From Hydrolagus affinis (lineage: Eukaryota), in contig JAAILG010001443.1 of assembly GCA_012026655.1 (NCBI GenBank), positions 1-64,000 of the forward strand: 64,000 nucleotides of DNA, read 5' to 3'. The position numbers were made by a program, and so were the translations under genes. Positions 56,601 through 64,000 of the stretch are shown here, piece after piece. The notes under the pieces were generated by a model that was not told the origin of the DNA, searched no databases, and saw nothing but the letters and a program-made list of their open reading frames with translations. Each line of letters starts with the position of its first letter. Within the stretch, counting starts at the first letter, position 1.

Positions 56601-58329
56601 ACCCTTTGCAAATAGTGTTGTGGGATCTTTAACTTCCACCTGAGACGGGATCTCAATTTAGTTACATTTAAAGGACACATACCAAAATACAGTCAATACC
56701 CAGTCTCAGTTATAGACACACCAATGTGTTCTAACCAGGACATTACATCAGTCCAAACTCATCGGAATCACTGATTTGATGTGGTTTTCCCATCACACCA
56801 ATACAAACACATTGCTATATACAATACAATAATATCAGGGCACTGTGAAACTCAGCACTCCAGTGAGATGGTGTTGACAACTGAGGACGATATTGCCTGC
56901 TTCCATGGAACCCCAATCCCATTTTCTCCTCTATCCCAAAGCGTAGTCATTAGCAAACCCAAATTCTGTCACTAATTCAGGCAAAGTACAGACTACATTA
57001 GAAAATCAAACTCTTAGCCTTGAAACTTGATGGTGATATTTTTCACCATTTTATATTTGTTTAAAAAGCATATTTAAATGGCTGGTTGGTCTCACAGAAT
57101 AGGGTTTGTATGTGGGGGGAGTGAGGGCGAGGGGAGGAATCTTCAGCCGTCACCCTAATAGACTAATCACTCAGGCCCTAGTGCTCAAAGCTGCTATGCA
57201 GTGTGTGCAAGAGGCCACAGTGAGAACAATGCTGAACAGTATTAAAGATGCAGAAGGAGAAGGAGAGATTCCTTCCTTGGCTCACCAAAAAATGCGTGAT
57301 CATCAGTCTGCTATACACAGTTGCCATACACAATGGAACCTCCTTGTTTCCCTTCAAACCCAGCTGAAAGTGAGTTTGTGTTATCTTCTGAAATGATGCA
57401 TTGCATTCTCCCAATATTCTCTGTCCAATAATTTGTACAATATTAAAGTGCCTGGCTCTGCCAGTCTCCGCCACTGTTAAGCACTCTGAGGCGCTACTCT
57501 ACGGGGAGGGCATTATACAACAACTTGCACAATATGTAAACTGTTATTATAATTGAACAAGGATGAGCCTTCTGGTTTTAATGGCCAGATTAAAGATCTG
57601 CAAATCCCAGACCCTCTGCTGTTACCTGTAGCTCCACTTGCCCAAATTCAATAGAAAGACTGAGATAGTGTTTCACTGGAGAGTTGGTAATTTTTCCTTT
57701 ACTGAGTGAGTGCTGCAGCTTGTTAGCTTGAAAACAGAGTGAGTGACTCCCCAATCTTGTGTGTCAGACCAGACCAGTTTAGACTGTGCAAGGAAGATTG
57801 TGGAGATTAACTCTTTAAAAGATAGCCACTGAGGCTAATTGCTCTTAAAGCTCCACATTCTCAGTCTACCAATCGAGCATTTTACGAGCGATATAAACGC
57901 ACATTTCAAATTGGCGAAAGATTGGCATAAACTAGCGATTGAATGAGAGAAGATCAGAGTCATATTAACCCTCCATCCTCCATCCTTCCTTCCCATTGGA
58001 ACCAAGTACACCCCTACAAACAAAACAATGTGTGACCTAACATTGAGTGCAATAAAACTGCCCTGATGCCAATGTATCGAAAATATTTTAATCTTGCGGA
58101 TTTCACAATTGATACAATACTTAAGGTGTCATTTTAATATACTGTACAATCATGTAATTTATAGTGGTTTACATCAAGGCACAACACACAGTATATATTA
58201 CATATATGCCTTGAGAGGCAACATTTAATATATCCCCGAGTTACTCAAGAGTTGCTGCCCAGATGAGGTTCTAAAAGCATTGGGGGGCTGGAAATCACAT
58301 TTGCACGTCTGAACCCAAGCATCATTAAA

Positions 58330-58663
58330 TAATATATGCCATCACTTTTATTTCAAATAAAATTTGCATATTAAAATCATGAAGGAATGTAAAAATGGTT
58401 GTGGTTCTTTGTCTTGTTGTGGTTCTACCATACATTACCAAGATGCTCTATAGCCCTAATGAAGATGAGGGAAGGGGTGGACAAAAAAAAACCAACTCAG
58501 ACAAAATCTAAACGAGTTTGAACTGTAACATTAAGAAGTTGTGGAGTGGATGTCTCCAATCGGTTGTATTTTTTTTGTCCCGTGCTTCTACAATGGAGGA
58601 AACAAGCCAAGCGACATCGAACAGAAATGAAAGAACTTTGTCTCGCCAGTTCCTGCTGTCAGC
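58330..58663 (-). other. CALCA: Probable non-coding terminal exon (exon 6, CGRP mRNA 3' UTR)
   Basis: Strong acceptor ctcctctacttttgtgtcttacag|g at 58664/58663 and minus-strand AATAAA at 58347-58352. Mammalian CGRP mRNA has such an exon after exon 5. There is no transcript evidence. Confidence 0.5.
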
Positions 58664-59899
58664 CTGTAAGACACAAAAGTAGAGGAGACTCCGTATTAAT
58701 AATAATAACCCTTACATTTGATAAGGTACCTTATCACGTCAATGAGACGTCTAAAAGCACTTCACAAAATATAAGTGAAGACTGTATTTGTGGGTGAAAC
58801 ACAACAGCCAATTGCGCAACATTCAGTATTTGCCTGCTTTTGGTGGGCAGTAGTCACTCTTGCGGGATTTAAATAAATTCATATATATTATATATATATA
58901 TATATATACTGTATATAAAATGCAACGTCAACTTCCTGAGACTTTACTTCCTTCGGATGAGATGTTAAACCGAGATCCCGTCTGCCTGTTCAGGTGGACA
59001 TTAATGATCCCTTGGCACTACTGTTTTTAAAGAGAGAATGGACTTTCTTCAGGTGTCCTGGCCAACAATCACTCAAATTTTAAAAAATTCACTTCATGAC
59101 TGGTTGTGGGACACAGCTGTGAGCAAATTGGCTGCTGTGTTCATTCACGAATACAAAGTCACTCCACTTCACAGTAAAATCTTGAAGTGCTTCGGGATGC
59201 CCTCCCGATGTGCCAGGTGCTATACTAAATTCAAGGATTATTTTTATTACGCCTCTTCAATGCTTTATTTAACAGCACTATAGCAGACAAACAAAGGGCC
59301 AAAGCTTACATCTGGTTTAAAGGCCAAGAGCAGCAATGGTTCTCTTGGTACGGTGTCGTTTGCAGTCAAACCTTTTTTTTTGCTGCTGCCAGTGCACAGT
59401 GGATGTAAATTTGTTGCATGCCCAACAAAAGGTTAAAAATAATTGCTAAAATTATTCCAAAAGACATCATTGAGGCATTTGCTTGATCCAATGGAGGGAG
59501 CAGGCTTGAAAGAGGAGGATGTTTGTATGTGTTTTTACAAAGCAAAGATTATGGCAATAAGTCTCTGCCAATTGATGAGTTACTATTAATTGGCATGTGT
59601 TCTGTACCCCCCATTCTGTACCCCCCGTTACTTCCATGTCAAAGATGCTATGTCATTGTAAAATGTGCTGTACTCCTGTTCTCAGACTCCCTCTTCGCAC
59701 GGTGACATCCACTGCCATGCCAGTTTGACATGAAAGTTGCTAGAGATGTCAGATGGGAATGCCTTGTTGAGCTTTGAACACAGTAAAGCATCAGTGTGTT
59801 AAAGTGAGTTTCTTTCCTCAGGCAACCTGCGACTAGAGAATTCATCTGAGATCTGGCGTGTGACTGAATCAGAACCGAAGGGGAATATATTCCCCGCAC

Positions 59900-60206
59900 T
59901 ACAGTCCGTCGATATGGAAATTTTCCGATATCTATATATCGGTTTGCCCATATCGATATATCGATATCGCGGGGTTTTTTGTCCTGCGCATGCGCGCGTA
60001 TTCGGGGGTGTGCTCGCATTCTGATGTGCTCGTGCATTCGAATATTGACAAGATAAGTTGAAGAAGTTCGCATTGTACCAATATATCGCCGGACACGATA
60101 TACCGATATTTTTTATATATCGAATTTTTTGATATACCGATATATTAGAATTTCCAATATCGGCATATCGATATGAAAAATTATACCGATATAACGCCGG
60201 ACCCTA
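59900..60206. mobile_element. Non-autonomous hAT-type DNA transposon (MITE), ~307 bp
   Basis: Imperfect TIRs: left tacagtccgtcgatat, right reverse complement tagggtccggcgttat. 8-bp TSD ccccgcac (59892-59899) / ccccacac (60207-60214). Subterminal (C)CGATAT/ATATCG repeats; CpG-rich. Confidence 0.8.
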
Positions 60207-60679
60207 CCCCACACATTCCACTTTGCAAAAGTTTCAAAGTATGAAGGATAACTCTCTTAATTTCACACACACCTAAACAAAACAAAAAGTGAGTAACTTT
60301 TTTTTGAAAGAGAATGTTTACATTACAACTCAACAAAATAATTCCCCCGGCTGCGATGTGATGGCGATACAGTGGACACAATTTCTCAACTATATTGGAC
60401 CACTTGCTCCATTCTACGGCTGTTTTCTGGGACACAGCTATGCGCAAACTGGCTGCCCTGCATCTCGCTCCCTATCCACACAGTCACTCCCATTTCACAG
60501 CAAGTCTCGTGAAGCACTTTGAGACGTCTGTCCGTCACGATAAGGCACCAATTGTACCAATTGCAAGGATTATTCTGATTAGGATTCATCATCGGTTACA
60601 TTTATACAGCAGTAAGCATTCCCCCGCACATTTCCTGGCAGTTAAAAGAAATGGGTCGTTTACCAGGTCCTTGGGTTAT

Positions 60680-60839
60680 CTACATCTGGGCATTCCTTCT
60701 TCGTCTTCCAAAGGCTGTGGCCCCCGTGTTGGTTGGTACAAAGTCACTGCTGCCGATTCCCCCTGTCCGGCTCAGGAAGTCAGCCAGGCGGTGAGTCGTA
60801 CATGTGGCTGTCTTACAGGCTCGCTTCTGCACAGTGACA
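60680..60839 (-). CDS. CALCA: CGRP-specific exon (exon 5): VTVQKR / CGRP 37 aa (60710-60820) / GRRRR NAQM
   Basis: Not in the ORF track. Manual translation after acceptor ttttttactctgaagcag|T gives (S)VTVQKR-ACKTATCTTHRLADFLSRTGGIGSSDFVPTNTGATAF-GRRRR-NAQM-stop (TAG at 60680-60682). It has the Cys2-Cys7 ring, 37 aa and a Phe-amide signal. A likely donor ctg|gtaaac lies at 60664/60663 shortly after the stop. Confidence 0.97.
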
Positions 60840-61462
60840 CTGCTTCAGAGTAAAAAAACAAACAACATGCATTTATCCAGCTCATTGTGTTCACATACAT
60901 GACTCACTGCTTATCAGACTTGATTTTTTGTTCTTTCAATGAAAGCCTGGGGATGGGGGGTGGGGGGGAGTGCGGGGAGAGGTAAAAGGTAAATTTACCC
61001 TTTAATTGGGTTAAATGTTTATAGTCAATGCATTTTACAATATATTCTGTAAGGCGCTTTGAGATGTCTCAACGATGTGAGAAGACGCCTCATCAATTGA
61101 AGGAATTATTGTGATTAACAATCACATCTAACCCACTGAATACCCACCTTTGCACTATTTTACTGACACCAGCCAACTGGTAGTTAAAGCTCTTGGCTCA
61201 ACTTAAACAGGAAAAAAATTCAGGTCACATCATGACTGGATATTGTGTTCCGGTCAGAGGCTGGAGGGTGGGAGCAGAGAGCCACAGAGTAAACCTCATA
61301 CAGTAAACCCCATTTGGTGTCAATTGGGAACCATACATTTAATGTGACTTATGCACAGTATGAGTTATGTCAAAGTTGCTTAGAATATAAACTCTTGAAT
61401 GCGACTTGAGCAACTGTGTACGAATTAGGCGTTACAGGGAACTCTGCACTTGGAAACCGATT

Positions 61463-61501
61463 GGGAGGGAGGGAGGGAGGGAGGGAGGGAGGGAGGGAGG
61501 G
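61463..61501 (+). repeat. (GGGA)n microsatellite, (CCCT)n on the CALC sense strand
   Basis: About 10 units just 3' (minus sense) of the CAG|GTAAGA element. Confidence 0.95.
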
Positions 61502-61512
61502 AAGAAATGAAT

Positions 61513-61540
61513 TCTTACCTGAAATAATGTAAAAGTCAGA
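61513..61540 (-). promoter_or_regulatory. Zero-length-exon element (pyrimidine tract-CAG|GTAAGA) in intron 4
   Basis: Minus strand reads tctgacttttacattatttcag|gtaagaattc. This is the same arrangement as the core of the human CT/CGRP intron-4 enhancer (pyrimidine tract followed by CAGGUAAGAC). Confidence 0.55.
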
Positions 61541-62140
61541 AAAGTTTCAAAAAGCAACCGGATGCAATGAAATGCACACTGACACCTCCACCTGGACTGT
61601 TTCAGCGAACACACTTGTGTATGTATATTAGATTCTCTTTTTTTCCCCCGAAAACACTCAAGATACGACATGAATGGACTTTGCTCTACTCTTTAATTTA
61701 CTCTTATTTGTTTAAGTGAAACTATGATCACTATTATTCCACATCACCAATGGCATCAAGGTGTAAGGCTGCACACAATAATTTAAATGCAATGCGAGTG
61801 ATGTTATCAACTCAGGGAAGGATCTCGACTTGAGATCCTCAGAGATCAACTCAGGGAAGGATCTCGATTGATTCATTTAAACCGCCCACCTACCAACACC
61901 CCCACCAGTCAGTTTGCAAAATACTATTGGGTTCTCGATTTCCAGAACTCCCGTTCAAGTAGAGAAATGAGCAAATGTATCCCTGGTAGAAAAATAAGTT
62001 TATTGAAACAAGAGACTCATGCCATGCACCAAGAAGCATTCATCGAAACGACACATTACTTACTTACTATACAAGTCACCGCAAAACGTGAAACGTAATG
62101 AGGGAAAAAAATCAGTTTGTTTTAAAGCTAAAGTGGTCGG

Positions 62141-62146
62141 TTTATT
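62141..62146 (-). terminator. Poly(A) signal of the calcitonin exon (AATAAA); alternative AATAAA at 61999-62004
   Basis: Plus-strand tttatt ~270 nt after the calcitonin stop, followed on the minus strand by a U-rich stretch (gattttttccctcattacgtttcacgtttt). Confidence 0.6.
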
Positions 62147-62350
62147 GACGGCCAGCTAAGCGAGGCTGCTGCACTATTCTAACCAATGTCCATGTCAAGC
62201 ATTCTCTGTTGAAAATGGAGTCAAGACGGGGAGGAAGGAGGAGGTGGTGGTGGTGGGAGGGTGGGGGAGAGGAAAAAAAACATAGCACTTTATCAGGCTT
62301 TCTCGTCATTCAAGTATCTGAGATCCATCCATCCATCCATCATTACAAAC

Positions 62351-62370
62351 TGTGTGCTGTGTGCTGTGTG

Positions 62371-62406
<36 letters not shown>
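62351..62406 (+). repeat. (TG)n microsatellite in the calcitonin 3' UTR
   Basis: tgtgtg run immediately downstream of the calcitonin stop codon. Confidence 0.95.
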
Positions 62407-62409
<3 letters not shown>

Positions 62410-62416
62410 TTTTTTT

Positions 62417-62615
62417 TTAGTTATTTTCGTAGGGCTCCCTGTAGTTTGCATAGCGTTGGTTTTCCAGCCCGGCCAGAATGCTCCTTTTCTTGCCGGGGGT
62501 CGCGGATCCCACATCAGTGCGTTGAATGGTTTGCAATTTGTGCAACTCCTGGGACAACTTGCCCACCACACAAGTGCTAAGACTGGTGCACCGTTTGGCA
62601 ATGGGTCTATCCAAG
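62417..62615 (-). CDS. CALCA: Calcitonin-specific exon (exon 4): LDRPIAKR / calcitonin 32 aa (62495-62590) / GKKR / 21-aa C-terminal flanking peptide
   Basis: Acceptor tttctctccgcag|C at 62616/62615 is phase-compatible with exon 3 (AG+C = Ser). It encodes [59 protein letters not shown]-stop, with the Cys1-Cys7 ring, C-terminal Pro, and Gly amidation plus dibasic cleavage signals. Confidence 0.98.
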
Positions 62616-62657
62616 CTGCGGAGAGAAACGTGCAGAAGAGATCTCATAGTAACGAGG

Positions 62658-63126
62658 CATGCGGGACCATGCAGATACCCTGTCTCACAAGGCAAACCAA
62701 CCAACCAACCATTGTTAACATGCAACAACAAAAAAACACACTCCTCTGTCCTGTACTTGGCAAACCGAATTCCTTAATGTCAGGCATTCACTATCACTGC
62801 TACAAGTCAGGTCTTTCTAACGCGAATGCATGTCATGCTTTTCTCTCTTTCTATCTCTCTCTCTCTTTCTCGTTGCATTATTTTTTTTGAATCCAAATGT
62901 GGTTATGCGAAACATTTCGAAATGTCCTCTCATCCAAGTCTGACCATGCATTTGATTGGGTTAATTGTCGAAACGAAAACGAGCTTCCACATTCACAATG
63001 GACATGCATAAAACAGGCATCTCGCCACACTATACACACACACTCACACACACACAAGTCGCATCCATGACTAGCATTTCCTTGCAGCAGGCACATGGAG
63101 GTTGTCCTAACGCTTTCTCCCATGCA
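62658..63126 (-). promoter_or_regulatory. Cluster of RBFOX-type (U)GCAUG splicing elements in intron 3 upstream of the calcitonin exon
   Basis: Sense TGCATG at 62668-62673, 62719-62724, 62945-62950, 63003-63008 and 63121-63126. GCATG at 62658-62662 and 62834-62838. Confidence 0.7.
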
Positions 63127-63562
63127 AGACATTTCGAGACAGGGAAATGGACCTCATTTTGGTGATTCCACTACTCGTCTTTCTCTTTTGTTTAAAAAGA
63201 AAAACACATACCTTGTGTTTAAGCCTCAATGCTTTTTTTTTTGTTTCCCCCTTAAAATATCAACCGTTTGCACAATCACCGGTTTCCCCCATTGTGACAG
63301 ATAATTTGAGATAATTCTGGCTAATTGGTGGGAAAGCAAATCAGTTACATATTAATTAAAACAGAAACCCCCTCCTCAAAAAAAAATCACCCCAGGATCT
63401 CGCTGTGGAGGAAACCAGGTTTGCTTCACTGCAATCTACTATTTCAAGAACAGACCCGAGTCTTGCAAATAAATAACATTAATATTTCCACACATTGTTT
63501 CCATATACAAGGCTGAGGCATCAATGTTCATTGGTTGTGTGTGTGGGGTGTGGGGGTGTTAC

Positions 63563-63694
63563 CTGTTGCCATCTGGTACTTGTTGTTCCAGTTCCTCCGC
63601 CATCATCTGCATGAACTCCCTGACCAACGCGTTCAGTAGCCTCCGGACTTCATAATCAGTAAGCGCCACCCTATCGGATGATTGTAAGATGGAT
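63563..63694 (-). CDS. CALCA: Calcitonin/CGRP precursor, common pro-region exon (equivalent to mammalian exon 3)
   Basis: Minus strand reads ttctcgcccacag|A TCC ATC...GGC AAC AG|gtaaca. The exon is 132 nt, phase 2/2, and encodes (R)[43 protein letters not shown](S), matching the '[22 protein letters not shown]' pro-calcitonin motif. The signal-peptide exon lies beyond the window end. Confidence 0.96.
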
Positions 63695-63779
63695 CTGTGG
63701 GCGAGAACCTCAGGGTAAGGAACCCGTGTCCAAGGCGGGCTGATAGGTTGGCCCAAGGCCAATCCAACCCATCGTCCAA

Positions 63780-63990
63780 TAACACTCCCAGCCCAATACA
63801 ATCCAAATCCTAAAATATCTCAACCCAATAAAACCCAAATATATCTCTACCCAATAAACCCAAACATTTCTATCCACTAAAACCCAAACCCAAATATATT
63901 TCTACCCAATAAATCACAAACCTAAATAGATCTCTACCCCAATACAACCCAACCCAAATACGACTCAAGCCCAATCAAAGCCAAGCCCAC
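63780..63990 (+). repeat. Degenerate low-complexity minisatellite (acccaat/aaacccaa units) in CALC intron 2
   Basis: Repeated (at)ctctacccaataaa(a)cccaaa units. Confidence 0.75.
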
Positions 63991-64000
63991 ACACGGCTGT

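Noticed and set aside
9000-58300. Additional tandem calcitonin, CGRP or amylin-like exons, or a second CALC paralog
   Set aside because: A by-eye scan found no further KR-C-x4/5-C...G-KR/RR pattern. TBLASTN would be needed to exclude degenerate copies, and the gap at 37257 is of unknown size.
62616-62731. N-terminal part of ORF 62417-62731 (MLLHVNNGW...)
   Set aside because: Intronic read-through upstream of the true splice acceptor at 62615. Only the part from LDRPIAKR is coding.
62261-62890. 209-aa plus-strand ORF (and the 152-aa ORF at 60395-60853)
   Set aside because: Antisense shadows of the calcitonin and CGRP exons, running through a microsatellite or SINE remnant. No recognisable protein.
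63695-63801. N-terminal part of ORF 63559-63801 (MYWAGSVIG...)
   Set aside because: Lies upstream of the cag acceptor at 63695 in intron 2 and is not a signal-peptide exon.

Overview
This is eukaryotic (vertebrate) genomic DNA, mostly intronic or intergenic and very repeat-rich. It is most likely a cartilaginous fish, possibly a chimaera such as Callorhinchus. That is an inference from a stingray-like calcitonin and from tRNA/Deu-type SINEs with L2 and CR1 LINEs. Two minus-strand genes are supported. (1) The 3' part of a calcitonin/CGRP gene: common pro-region exon 63563-63694, calcitonin exon CDS 62417-62615 (mature [32 protein letters not shown]), CGRP exon CDS 60680-60839 (mature ACKTATCTTHRLADFLSRTGGIGSSDFVPTNTGATAF) and a probable non-coding last exon near 58330-58663. 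(2) The probable first coding exon of inscuteable (INSC) at 8780-8880, matching CALC-to-INSC synteny in human. The most interesting signal is a cis-regulatory layout for the calcitonin/CGRP RNA-processing switch. It comprises a dense sense-strand cluster of RBFOX UGCAUG motifs upstream of the calcitonin exon, a zero-length-exon (pyrimidine-CAG|GUAAGA) element in intron 4 resembling the mammalian intronic polyadenylation enhancer, and a NAGNAG acceptor on the CGRP exon. Also present: a CpG-rich hAT-type MITE with 8-bp TSD, a ~430-bp local duplication 21.5 kb apart, nested SINE/LINE insertions and a 100-N assembly gap. Almost all ORFs in the supplied track are spurious. Repeat boundaries are approximate (read by eye).
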